Shown here piece by piece: positions 52,101 to 63,799 of a DNA stretch of 64,000 nt. Each line of letters begins with the position of its first letter. The first letter of the stretch is position 1. The stretch is from Pecten maximus (lineage: Eukaryota). The notes under the pieces are model-generated. The model searched no databases. It had not been told where the DNA came from and was given only the letters and a program-made list of their open reading frames with translations. The stretch spans positions 16,244,001 to 16,308,000 of the forward strand of contig NC_047024.1 in assembly GCF_902652985.1 (NCBI RefSeq), in the 5' to 3' direction. The position numbers and the translations under genes were made by a program.

Positions 52101-52870
52101 ATTTTGGTTTGTTTATGATCTTTGTTTACTTGTGGAGAAGCATTGTCCTCACTTATGTCACTGATGACTATTGGACTGTTTGCATTGAATTTCCTCCTTG
52201 CTTTAATCTTGGGTCGGTCTGGACTAGGGGAACTACACACTATGGGACTACTGCTGGTCAAATCGTCATCACTAACCTCATATTTATCATATGGTCTCTT
52301 TAATTTACAATCAGGAACAGATTTCTTCACAGGTGAACTTTGTATTTCTTCTGCACCTGATGAATCACTGTCAACATAATCCTCTAGTTCTTCATCTTTT
52401 TCATCCAAAAAAATCACTTTAGGCACAAAAGGTGGAAGACTTTCTGGGACAACAGCATTGCTGGTACATTGCTTTGATTGTGATAATTGCTTCTGTGCAC
52501 TTTGACTTGGAGAGACACATGTGGTCAGTATGTCATGTTTTGGTCCTAACCCGATGTTATACAAGTCACTAGGGCTCCACTTTGACCGTTTGTTTGAGGT
52601 AGATGCAGTATTTGCTTCTGTCTGATCAGAAGAAAGCAAGTTGTCTGTCTCTGAATTTTCCTGATCTACACTGTCATGTGTAGGTTTGTCATTCTCTAGT
52701 CTAGATCTAGTACTTGATTGTTCCTCGTCCTCATCATATGATGATGGTCCACTGTCTTCTAGCTCAACTTTTTTCTGTGATGACTGAGCAATCAAGGAAA
52801 GAATTTTGGAATCCCATAATGCCTCTGTTCTCTCATCTAAAAGGTCAAGGTCATCATCTTCATCAGTCAT
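37142..52870 (-). CDS. RNF216-like RING1-IBR / PARP (mono-ADP-ribosyltransferase, PARP7/11/12-like) fusion protein, ~1038 aa
   Basis: Coding exons (minus): 52870-51842, 51377-51045, 48437-48341, 46542-46397, 45615-45567, 43235-43133, 42950-42878, 42361-42215, 39840-39701, 39347-39196, 37989-37142. All are GT-AG and phase-consistent. Motifs: CUE-like EEDINKVCEWFPDA...YPK; RING CESC..CCDGHLICNSC..CPSENC; IBR CPNC..CPNC..CRYC..HEDC; PARP PSYW, RIQNPRLW, LFHGT, FGQGTYFA, MFVARTLVG, PSIFVIF..QCYPEYIVEY. Confidence 0.9.
38170..39212. repeat. ~60-66-bp tandem repeat spanning the exon-11 donor, ~16 copies, decaying away from the exon
   Basis: Minus unit ...ACAGCCTTCGGCCAAG|GTAAGTTGTTCTTACAGG... Confidence 0.93.
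39833..41290. repeat. 42-bp (39-bp variant) tandem repeat spanning the exon-10 acceptor, ~35 copies
   Basis: Minus unit ...GAGGTTTTATTTACAG|GACTATGT... Confidence 0.95.
41295..42201. repeat. 66-bp minisatellite, ~14 copies, starting ~13 nt into intron 9
   Basis: CATAGGGTCAAGGTCATGTG...GTAGAGAAACCTTCACACTACATC unit. Confidence 0.95.
43473..44052. repeat. 45-bp intronic minisatellite, ~13 copies
   Basis: CTAGTGGTGTCACAGTAAAGTGTTGGTGTATCTATGTATT unit. Confidence 0.95.
44288..44980 (-). mobile_element. 5'-truncated non-LTR retrotransposon 3' end (RTEX/CR1-like)
   Basis: KLRTY..FK..SKLRLGCLPLVIETGRY..RLCPFC..ECP C-terminal motif, followed by AATAAA and an (ATTGT)n tail. Confidence 0.8.
46179..46422. 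repeat. 69-bp tandem repeat spanning the exon-5 donor (3 extra copies)
   Basis: Minus: ATCCTGTCCCCCGATAGTCAGGAG|GTAAAT at the true site, |GTCAAT in the copies. Confidence 0.9.
46530..47030. repeat. ~210-bp duplication of the exon-5 acceptor, with a (GGGGCAT)n G-rich repeat
   Basis: GATGAGGATACTTCTGTA...CCAAGATTAATTG at ~46530 and ~46740; GGGGCAT runs. Confidence 0.85.
47410..48355. repeat. 37-bp tandem repeat spanning the exon-4 donor, ~25 copies
   Basis: Minus unit GTACGAGATAATG|GTACGTGATATCTCATTAGATACT. Confidence 0.95.
48613..51048. repeat. 33-bp (37-bp variant) tandem repeat starting at the exon-3 donor, ~70 copies
   Basis: Minus unit AAAG|GTATGTCAATATAATCCTGTGACAGGTGT; fills ~95% of the intron. 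Confidence 0.96.
51503..51880. repeat. 60-63-bp tandem repeat spanning the exon-2 donor, ~6 copies
   Basis: Minus unit ...GAGGAGGACATTGACAAAGTG|GTAGGTTATAATTCATCAGATCAG... Confidence 0.9.
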
Positions 52871-53094
52871 GTTTCTATGGTTTGGATCAGGTGGCTTGGA
52901 GCTTTTGGCGCTGGTAAAAAAAGGCAAATATATGTTAAATTAAACTTTCCTGTTTTTAACCAACAAAATAAGTTCCCTAAAATTGTTAAATATATGATTC
53001 CACATTCATGAATCTCCTGTGCATAAGGAACAAATCAATGTCAATGGCTAATCATAACTTGAATTATTCTACATCCTTACATGTAAGGGGCCGT

Positions 53095-53320
53095 AGTCAT
53101 GGTTACCTGTGGATTTTGTAAGGTATGTAAGCAAGGGGCAATAACTATGGCTACCTGTGATTTCTAAGTTAGTGACAGTTACCATAACTACTTGCAGGTT
53201 TTAAAGTAAGGGGCAGTAACCATGACTACCTGTGAATTTTACAGGTAATGAACAGTAACCATGACTACCTGTGAATTTTACAGGTAATGAACAGTAACCA
53301 TGACTACCTGCAGATTTTAT
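53095..53320. repeat. Degenerate ~39-bp repeat in intron 1
   Basis: CAGTAACCATGACTACCTGTGAATTTTACAGGTAATGAA and decayed copies. Confidence 0.7.
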
Positions 53321-54087
53321 CTGCAGATTACATGTTGTCTAATACTATAGTAGTACAAACAACAGCTGGTGTTAGTCTGAGCAATAGTTCACAAACTGCA
53401 TGACCAGGTCAATTTCTACAAGACATATTTTTGTGTCTTAACAAAATATTACTATAGGGACGTCATTTGTCTTTCTCATGTAAATACATGTATGATTAAA
53501 GTAATTTATCTACTATATCTCAGTGTATATTCCTAAAACATTTCTTTATTTTAAATATATACATGTACTCTTCATATTGCTATGAATATGTTATAAACGC
53601 ATTGTGCTGTATGAGCTCTTATCCCTCAAAATTCTTCCCGACCAGATGCCCTGAGAGTATTTAAAATTCCCAACACCAAATTAAAGTATCATTTATTATG
53701 TGTTGAGTTTGGTTTCTTTTACAATGAACACAAAATAGAATACTGAACTATTTCTGACTTTAGCTACTTTCTGGATTATTGAAAATCTAACAAATACATG
53801 TATAGACATAATCATTGAAAGAAATAACGAACAACTTTACAAAATACATGAACATCGTCAAATTCATTTATCATGATCATGTCCATTTAACAATTCTGTA
53901 TTTGAAGTTACACCTTCTAAGGACCTCGGATGATTGAAGCACCTTCTCCACCAAGCTGTTATATCTCACTTACATTACAAGAATCAATTTTGGCTATTTT
54001 TAGTAACAAATTTCCCTAATCTCATTCTGTAGATAAAGAACAAGAACTAAACCTACTTAACTAATGTAAGCAACTAATCACGGATAC

Positions 54088-54170
54088 CTGTGGAGTATTG
54101 TCAACCGTCTGTTTGGATGAAGTGATTTAGGCTACAGTTTGTGCTGTAGTTTCTCGTTTCGTTGACAGCA
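54088..54170 (-). other. Probable non-coding first exon of the RING-IBR-PARP gene
   Basis: CCACAG|GTATCC donor at 54088, no ATG upstream in the exon, matching acceptor tttttaccag| at 52910. The 5' boundary is approximate. Confidence 0.55.
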
Positions 54171-54300
54171 GCCAAACCAAAAGCGGAAGTATATTGTAGG
54201 TGTGACATTACACGCGAGCGTCATAGTAGTATCAGACGCGAGTACGTAGGCTTGAACAGGAAGTTGTCATCGGAAGAAATCGGAGAGAGAGACACAGAAC
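54170..54300. promoter_or_regulatory. Probable bidirectional promoter
   Basis: CpG-richer segment between divergent first exons. ETS-type GCGGAAGT, CAGGAAGT and CGGAAG, and two ACGCGAG motifs. Confidence 0.6.
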
Positions 54301-54383
54301 AGTGGGCTGGAGAGAAAAAGGAGTGTGGTGCCGTTGGAACAGTCTTTGAGAAACGGATATTATAATATTGTTATATATGTAAT

Positions 54384-57300
54384 ATGGACTTTACTAAGTT
54401 ATTATCCATAGCGGCCCAGAAACAACAAAATGCTGAAAAACAGGTAAACACACGGGGTCCCCCAACAAACGACGATACACAATAATCCGCAATATTGCAA
54501 CGTCAGCTGTAGTATTATAATTATTTTAAGATTCTTTCAGTAAGTTTTGTTTGATTTCAGTTTTTTTAGACATGCGTGTTTTCTTTAATGATATGTACAA
54601 TTTACAGTATGTCGGATATTGTCTTATTTCGATATCTGATATCTGGATGTAGCCCGATCTTATCTGCTGCATCTTTCCGGATCCATCGCTATATATGTGG
54701 TTAGTGGTATTGTATTACATCTGGCCATGTCGTCGTAAAACTTAATTACTTATAGTTAATACAAGCACGTGCTGTCCAGATAACTCACTGTTAACATATC
54801 CAGATCACAGATTCGTTATCATAATTTGTTAGTTTTATGAAAATACAGTATTTAAAACACCTGAAATAATTTTAGGGAAAAATAAAAATAAAAAAATGAT
54901 TGTATTAATTAAAAACATCCATATTTATACGTTATTTAGTTTTAGAAATTTTACTTGATAATTTTATTTAATAGAATTATGTCTTACAATTTAACACTAA
55001 ATAAATATTTTCTTTACTGTGAATCCCATCAAGGTAAAACAGGGGCATGTCTAGTCTTATATTAAGAAATAGGGATTTCAGACCATTTTTTTTTATATAA
55101 GACTAGTATACCCCTGTTGTCTGATATATTAATTTAAACTTTATATAACAATTGTACATGTATGTGGAATAATTTATATCAATTGATAAAGCATTCTTGT
55201 TGGCCCAGATGGAAGTGTTTGAAGTGTATATATTGTGAGAGGAAATTACACAGTAAATAAAGGAAATCTAGGTGATTGGACAGGTGAATCATGCATTGTT
55301 TCATGTCCACAATATGGAGAATCACTCACAAACTGTTGGTAATCTATATATACCTATGACAGCATGTGAAGGGTGAATGTAAGTTTCAACAGACCTATAT
55401 ACTGGGCTTATTGTTAACACAAAATAAAAACACATTTTTTTCACATAAACAAGAAGTTTATTTTATTCATACTGAAAAGGCTCACAATGAATGTAAGATA
55501 TGTAAAAACAAAAATGAAATTGTGGTGAAAAAAGCTGATGTAAACTCAAATTTTGTATTTTGATTTACTATATATAGCCGATATTTTTTGTATGTTTCGG
55601 GAAATTTTCCGTCACCAGTTCACTTGACATTAATGTGTTATTCTTTAGTTTGTTATGTCATATACTGGTATCTTTTCACTCTCCTATCATCAGATTATAG
55701 ATTCAAGTTAGAACATGGAAAAGAGAAACAATGTTGACGAAATCTTATCTGATATATTATATATATAAGTCCTAAAAAATGATACTCATATGTATACGTA
55801 TGTATTCCGGCTAAAATGCCAGACAAAATATGGTTGGTTGCTATGAATCCATTGGGAAATCCTTTATATTTTTCAGTGTTTTTTTAATCATATTTGGTTA
55901 TTACTGTAGGCTGTCTGTGTGTAGTCAGTGAAACAGAATATTTTTTTATGCTGGTGTCGAGTGAAAGCTAAATTACCAGTTATATATAATTATGTGATTG
56001 TAAGAGAGGTCATTAAAAATTATATATGTTATTGTCACTTCGGCTGGGGATAGAACCCAGAACTCATGTCCATGATTTACCAGATTATACCTCTACGAAA
56101 TGAGCTGAAGAAAAAGTCTCGCAGTAGCCATGTCAGTAGGAAGCAGCTTTTAGATATACTAGTTACTAACTTTAAATATACTGTTATGATACTACATGTA
56201 GTTGTTTTTTAACTTCAGCTTCCTTCTACAAAGATGTATACCACTGAAGTATCTGCAGCACAGAAAAGGAAAAAGGATGAAAAAGAAAAATCTGAAGTTT
56301 TAAGGAAATATTTGGAGGAAAAAGAAGCAGAGAAAAAAAGGAAAGGTATATGATTTTGACAAGTGAATCTATGAATCAGATGATATTATGATCGGGGTAA
56401 TAGGGACTATTGAATACAAAGATAAGGGTGATAGGGATTATTATATACAAATGTACAGGTAATAGGGACTATTATATACAAATGTACGGGTAATAGGGAC
56501 TATTATATACAAATGTACAGGTAATAGGGACTATTATATACAAATGTACAGGTAATAGCTATAGGGACTATTATATACAAATGTACAGGTAATAGGGACT
56601 ATTATATACAAATGTACAGGTAATAGGGACTATTATATACAAATGTACAGGTAATAGGGACTATTATATACAAATGTACAGGTAATAGGGACTATTATAT
56701 ACAAATGTACGGGTAATAGGGACTATTATATACAAATGTACAGGTAATAGGGACTATTATATACAAATGTATAGGTAATAGGGACTATTATATACAAATG
56801 TACGGGTAATAGGGACTATTATATACAAATGTACGGGTAATAGGGACTATTATATACAAATTTACAGGTAATAGGGACTATTATATACAAATGTACAGGT
56901 AATAGGGACTATTATATACAAATGTACAGGTAATAGGGACTATTATATACAAATGTACAGGTAATAGGGACTATTATATACAAATGTACAGGTAATAGGG
57001 ACTATTATATACAAATGTACAGGTAATATGGACTATTATATACAAATGTACAGGTAATAGGGACTATTATATACAGATGTACAGGTAATAGGGATTATTA
57101 TATACAAATGTACAGGTAATAGGGACTATTATATACAAATGTACAGGTAATAGGGACTATTATATACAAATGTACAGGTAATAGGGACTATTATATACAA
57201 ATGTACAGGTAATAGGGACTATTATATACAAATGTACCTCTCATCTTGTAGAACTATGAGCCATTTTATTGTGGGTATGATATGGCAGGTTTCCTTATGA

Positions 57301-60300
57301 ATTTAGATATGTTTATATATATAGCAGCTTACTTGCAGATTTTACTGATCTTTAAAATCCTCTTTTTTTGGTCTCAACAACATTCTTTAAGTTCAATATT
57401 TGACTCCACTTTTTCCAAGGGATATAAATATTGGGTTTTGTTACGGTGAATTATCATTATTTGGCATATTCAAACTTACTCTTATTTTAAAGAAATTCTT
57501 GGGGGAAAGTTTTTAGTATTAATACTCATGAGTTCAGTATTTTGGATTTTTCCATTTTTCCGATTACATATATGTCTATGTGAAAATTTGGCAATACGAC
57601 CAATTTCAGTATATCAAGATTCATACAATTGTCTGTGTCTCTGTCTATAGCATCATATGATACATAATTATAATGTATGTCCGTCATGGTTGTACATACA
57701 TGTACCTTCAAATATCACATCCTTGAATTTCCAGTTCTGGAGAAGAAGAAGCAAGAGGAAAAAAAGAGGAAACGAGAGGAAGCGGAAAGGAAACAGCGAG
57801 AGGAAGAAGAGAAAAGTAAAAGGTTTAAAATACCTAAACTTTGTAAGTCAACAGATTCAGGTTCATCAAGTTCACACGACAAGTCAGATGCTCTTAATAA
57901 ATCCCAGAATCAATCCAATGAAAGACTATCATCAGGAGTTTCCAGCAATAAGTCAGCTGGTGATAAAAAAGGTCACAGTAAAACTGAGAGTAGCAAATCA
58001 ACTGAAAAAGTGGCACTAAACAAGAATCCTACAAAATCAGATACGACAGACAAATCTCTGAAAGTGTCGAATGAGAGACATAAAAACACATCTAGTCATA
58101 AAGACAGTACAAACAAGGTGTTAAGTTCAAATGTGAAATCACACAGTTCATCAAGTTCGAAGGATACCTCTAGTTCAAAAGACTTATCAAGAGATAAACA
58201 CAGTTCATCAAGTTCTCGGGAAAAAAATGGCTCAAAAGAAAGTTCCAGGGAAAAATCTGGCTCAAAAGACAATTCAAGAGAAAAGTCCAGTTCAAAAGAC
58301 AATTCAAGGGAAAAGTCCAGCTCAAAAGAGAATTCAAGAGATAAGTCTAGTTCAAAAGAGAATTCAAGAGATAAGTCTAGTTCAAAAGACAGTTCCAGAG
58401 AAAAATCTAGTTCAAAAGACAGTTCCAGAGAAAAATCTAGTTCAAAAGACAGTTCAAGAGAAAAATCTAGTTCAAAAGACATTTCCAGAGACAAGTCGAC
58501 TTCAAAAGACAGTTCAAGAGTAAAATCTAGTTCCAAGGAAAATTCGCAAGATACCATTAATGGGAAGTCAACAGGTTCAGGCGCTGGAGACGGTGTACAT
58601 GTACCAGAGTTCAGTAATCGTGAAATAGAGGCAACTAGATGGACTAGTAAATTGTCGGCTGAAGAACAGCTTCGCATACGAGTGGAGTTTGAACGTAAAA
58701 AAGCTAGGTTGAAAGAGTCGATGAATAAAGAAAAAGACTGCAGGGTACGCATTTCAGAAGGGAAACAACCTGTGTTTTCTAGAGTTCCTCCTGATGAGGC
58801 CAAGAAAAAAGCTAAAGCAGAAGTTGAGGCAGAGAGGAGACAAAAGAAAATTGAAGAACGTCGACTGCAGAATGAACAAGAAATAGAACGTATAATGCAA
58901 GGAGAAAATAAGGATGATAAATCCAAGCAGAAATCTTTGAAACATTCCAAAGAAAACGGAGAAAAACCTAAACCAGAAAAACCTAGACCAGTAAAACACA
59001 GACCAATTAACTTGAACAAAAATAAAGCACCTCCAAAATTGAATTTCCAGGATATTCTCAAACTTGCCCAAGAAAAAGCTCAAGATCCTGTCGAGGCAGT
59101 TGTTGCAAAAAAACCTGAACCAGTTAAAGATCACCGTCCAATGACTCAAGAAGAAAAAGACAGACTTGAACGAAAAAAATCCAAGGAGTACAAGGATTGG
59201 TATAAATATGGCCAAAGCAAGTCAACATCAAAGCTTCCTGAGCAGAGGCAGTCGAATTCCTCTAAGAGTGATCGATCTGAGAGGAAATCAGATTCACCAA
59301 AGCATTGTGATTCCTCTAAAAGTGATAGAACTTCAATGCCCTTTAAAAAACCCAGTATGGGAGGGGCACCAGAACGGAAGCCTGTCGTAAACAAAACTGA
59401 TAGAGTGAAACAAAATGGACATATGCAAAAGGCCTCACCTTCTGTCAAAAACCAAACCTACTCTAAAAATTCTCACGAAAATTCCCAAAAGAGACATTCT
59501 TTAGATATTTTTACGGAAAAGGACGCTATTAATCTTTCTAAAAAGCGACACTCTCTGGATGCAGTGAAATCATCTCAGGGTAAAATCCAATCATCTTATT
59601 GGTGCTAAATCAAATGGTCAGAACAAGAGTGTAGACTCCAGAAGTGACAGACAAACAAAGAATGTAGACTCCCGAAGTGAAAGACAAACAAAGAATGTAG
59701 ACTCCCGGAGTGACAGACAAGTTAAAGGTGAAAGCTTCCGAAGGGACAAACAGAATACAAGTTCAGGTGATCTCTCCAAAAAGAGAAAATTGGAAGTGTC
59801 ATCCTCTAGTGTCAAAAATCCTCATAGTGAACATAAAAAAGCCAAAACCAGTGAAAGTCGCTACGATAGTACTAATGAAAATGTGTTGGTATGTAGACCG
59901 TCCAGTAGTAAGTTAAAACGGTCACCACCGCCGGCAGCTAGCAATCCCTGGGATAGGATCTACAACCAAGTGAAGAAAGATAATCCCAAACCAGGTCAGT
60001 ATCTCTTGGTCTCTTGAGGCAATACATTCAAATATGATATTATTATAGTCAGGAAAATGACAATGATATTACTGTCACAGTATACACGTACTGAAGTCAC
60101 ATAAGCCAGGGTTCCATTGGCCCTGATGCAAAAATATTCCTGATGTCTGGGAGGCTTTCTTTTAAACCACATTTTATTTAATATATTAAATATACTGCTT
60201 TTAAATTGATTGAAGATTCTGTAAAAATGAAGAAAGTGCATGTTTATATACACTGGAAAGGGTGTTATTTGTGGATAAATTATATGTATGATATATACCC

Positions 60301-63300
60301 AGCACAACCAGTGTATAATTTGATGGTGATTTCGGTGACTACAGTGCTGTCACCTTCATCAGACAAATGACCAGTTAACAGTAATAGTACTGTACACTTA
60401 GGTGCTGTGTGTACAAGATTGTAAACTGATTGACAGACGTTTTAAGTTGATTCTACTATACTGGGGAGAAGTCAATTCTGTTATACAGAGCCCCACTCGA
60501 TTTGCACTCTTCTCCTTCTAGACTATATCTTCCGGTCACTCGATTTGAAGCTCTTCTGCTTCTGGAAGATCTTCTACCTCTTCCATCTCGAAGCTGGAAG
60601 ATTTCTTTTCCAAGATGGCGGCGACCATGTTTTAAGTGTGCGAGTTCGAGTGATGAGTTTCACTAGAGAAGGATATATGAAACATACATGCATGTGTTTG
60701 TATCATAGTGTTTGAGAAAACTTAAAAACTTGTTTATTTTGGGTTATATTCTCCTGGTTTACTCGATTTACATCTAACGGAATGCGATCTTCTTAGGAGG
60801 CTTCTCTTCTGAGAAGAGTGCAAATCGAGTGGGGCTCTGGGGAGAAGCTCAATTCTGTTATACTGGGGAGAAGTCTGTTCTGTTATACTGGGGAGAAGTC
60901 TGTTCTGTTATACTGGGGAGAAGTCTGTTCTGTTATCCTGGGGAGAAGTCTGTTCTGTTATACTGGGGAGAAGTCTGTTCTGTTATACTGGGGAGAAGTC
61001 AATTCTGTTATACTGGGGAGAAGTCAATTCTGTTATACTGGGGAGAAGTCTGTTCTGTTATACTGGGGAGAAGTCTGTTCTGTTATACTGGGGAGAAGTC
61101 TGTTCTGTTATACTGGGGAGAAGTCTGTTCTGTTATACTGGGGAGAAGTCTGTTCTGTTATACTGGGGAGAAGTCAATTCTGTTATACTGGGGAGAAGTC
61201 AATTCTGTTATACTGGGGGGGTCTGTTCTGTTATACTGGGGAGAAGTCTGTTCTGTTATACTGGGGAGAAGTCAATTCTGTTATACTGGGGAGAAGTCAA
61301 TTCTGCTATACTGGGGAGAAGTCTGTTCTGTTATACTGGGGAGAAGTCTGTTCTGTTATACTGGGGAGAAGTCTGTTCTGTTATACTGGGGAGAAGTCAA
61401 TTCTGCTATACTGGGGAGAAGTCTGTTCTGTTATACTGGGGAGAGGTCTGTTCTGTTATACTGGGGAGAAGTCAATTCTGTTATACTGGGGGGAAGTCTG
61501 TTCTGTTATACTGGGGAGAAGTCAATTCTGCTATACTGGGGGGAAGTCTGTTCTGTTATACTGGGGAGAAGTCTGTTCTGTTATACTGGGGAGAAGTCTG
61601 TTCTGTTATACTGGGGAGAAGTCAATTCTGTTATACTGGGGAGAAGTCAATTCTGCTATACTGGGGAGAAGTCTGTTCTGTTATACTGGGGTGAAGTCTG
61701 TTCTGTTATACTGGGGAGAAGTCAATTCTGTTATACTGGGGAGAAGTCTGTTCTGTTATACTGGGGAGAAGTCTGTTCTGTTATACTGGGGAGAAGTCAA
61801 TTCTCGGGAGAAGTTAATTCTGTTATACTGGGGAGAAGTCTGTTCTGTTATACTGGGGAGAAGTCAATTCTGTTATACTGGGGAGAAGTCAATTCTGTTA
61901 TACTGGGGAGAAGTCAATTCTGTTATACTGGGGAGAAGTCTGTTCTGTTATACTGGGGAGAAGTCTGTTCTGTTATACTGGGGAGAAGTCAATTCTGTTA
62001 TACTGGGGAGAAGTCAATTCTGTTATACTGGCATCGGGAGAAGTCTGTTCTGTTATACTGGGGAGAAGTCTGTTCTGTTATACTGGGGAGAAGTCTGTTC
62101 TGTTATACTGGGGAGAAGTCTGTTCTGTTATACTGGGGAGAAGTCAATTCTGTTATACTGGGGAGAAGTCTGTTCTGTTATACTGGGGAGAAGTCTGTTC
62201 TGTTATACTGGGGAGAAGTCAATGTTCTGTTATACTGGGGGGAGTCTGTTCTGTTATACTGGGGAGAAGTCAATTCTGGTTATACTGGGAAGAAGATCTG
62301 TCTGTTATACTGGGGAGAAGTCTGTTCTGTTATACTGGGGAGAAGTCTGTTCTGTTATACTGGGGAGAAGTCTGTTCTGTTATACTGGGGAGAAGTCTGT
62401 TCTGTTATACTGGGGAGAAGTCAATTCTGTTATACTGGGGAGAAGTCTGTTCTGTTATACTGGGGAGAAGTCTGTTCTGTTATACTGGGGAGAAGTCAAT
62501 TCTGTTATACTGGGGAGAAGTCTGTTCTATTATACTGGGGAGAAGTCAATTCTGCTATACTGGGGAGAAGTCTGTTCTGTTATACTGGGGAGAAGTCTGT
62601 TCTGTTATACTGGGGAGAAGTCAATTCTGTTATACTGGGGAGAAGTCAATTCTGCTATACTGGGGTGAAGTCTGTTCTGTTATACTGGGGAGAAGTCTGT
62701 TCTATTATACTGGGGAGAAGTCTGTTCTATTATACTGGGGAGAAGTCAATTCTGCTATACTGGGGAGAAGTCTGTTCTGTTATACTGGGGAGAAGTCATA
62801 ATTTCATAATTTACCCATATTCACCTACAATTAAGACAAAATTGATGTATACTTAGTGTAACTTCGCTCTGTTGCCTCAAGAAGTTCAGCAAATCATTGC
62901 TTTAAATGTCTTGTAAGATTTTGATGTGATTGCTAATATTGATTCAGACAAAACTTTCCATTTGGGAGGAGATTCCTTCAAATTTAGTTTTAAATCTTAA
63001 TTTTTGGAAGTGTCTATAAAATTGTGTTGTATGTGGTTGTTTCAGTTAAGAAGAAGAAACAAGTAATAGAAGACGATTCTGATGATCTGGACGAGGATTT
63101 GGATGGATTCATCGATGATGACGACGATAACTTCATTGAGGATGACATGAGCATGGATTATTCAAAACACATTCGAGAAATCTTCGGCTACGATAAGTCA
63201 AAGTAAGGATAAGGCTGTTATTCTATCTAAAGCATATATACATTGTATATCTAAACATGGAGAAATGATGTAGGCATAACATTTCTTGTTTTATCTAAAG

Positions 63301-63790
63301 ATGGAGAAATGATGTAGACATAACATTTTATAAGGCATGATTCTCTGTCAATTTTAACGAGAGGTGTGTAGACATTGAATATACCAAAATAAACAAATTG
63401 GAATAGAATTTAAGAAACCAATGTTAAGTGGTAAGCTGTTGGCCCAGTGTATTTAGTCTAACACCTGTTCTGGATGAGGGTTGTCTCCCTTGTCACGATG
63501 TCAGTCTCACCTGTGTCATATACCTTACTCTCTAAACATAAACAATTTTCTATTAAATTCCTCATCAAACCGTGGAGTGTAACTTTCAACAATTGATTCA
63601 CTCCATACTCAGGGTTATGTCCCTTTGTTCGCTCTTCATAACTATTTCCTGGTTATTTGTACCTGATTTCTTTTTAAAATTTCTAATGATACATGCTTGT
63701 TTTGTGTTACAGATATCGCTATGAGAGTGATTATGAGATTAGTAATATGGAGTCAAACTTCAGGGAACAAATGAAAGAAGAAGCCAGAAG
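54384..63790 (+). CDS. SPTY2D1: SPT2 homolog (histone H3/H4 chaperone), 3'-incomplete; exons 54384-54443, 56219-56345, 57735-59994, 63046-63202, 63713-63790
   Basis: N-terminal MDFTKLLSIA; PPKLNFQDILKLA; RPMTQEEK; C-terminal SPT2 motif LDGFIDDD..DYSKHIREIFGYDKSKYRYESDY..MESNFREQMKEEAR. One apparent +1 frameshift at ~59582-59585. Confidence 0.93.
56395..57237. repeat. 31-bp minisatellite, ~27 copies, starting ~50 nt into SPT2 intron 2
   Basis: GTAATAGGGACTATTATATACAAATGTACAG unit. Confidence 0.96.
60451..62797. repeat. 25-bp minisatellite (GGGAGAAGTCTGTTCTGTTATACTG), ~80 copies, interrupted by the MITE
   Basis: Direct periodicity; one unit lies left of the MITE. Confidence 0.96.
60486..60839. 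mobile_element. MITE (354 bp) with perfect 29-bp terminal inverted repeats
   Basis: CAGAGCCCCACTCGATTTGCACTCTTCTC ... GAGAAGAGTGCAAATCGAGTGGGGCTCTG; non-coding interior. Confidence 0.88.
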
Positions 63791-63799
63791 GTATGTAGT

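Noticed and set aside
56040-56110. tRNA gene on the minus strand
   Set aside because: Only degenerate A/B-box remnants, likely a SINE fragment; no cloverleaf.
56395-57237. CAG|GTAAT in each unit as recursive splice sites
   Set aside because: No polypyrimidine tract before the AG; unsupported without RNA data.
58096-59448. Antisense ORFs over SPT2 exon 3
   Set aside because: Shadow ORFs of a low-complexity coding exon.
60818-62856. 616-aa and 675-aa ORFs
   Set aside because: Stop-free translation of a 25-bp intronic minisatellite.
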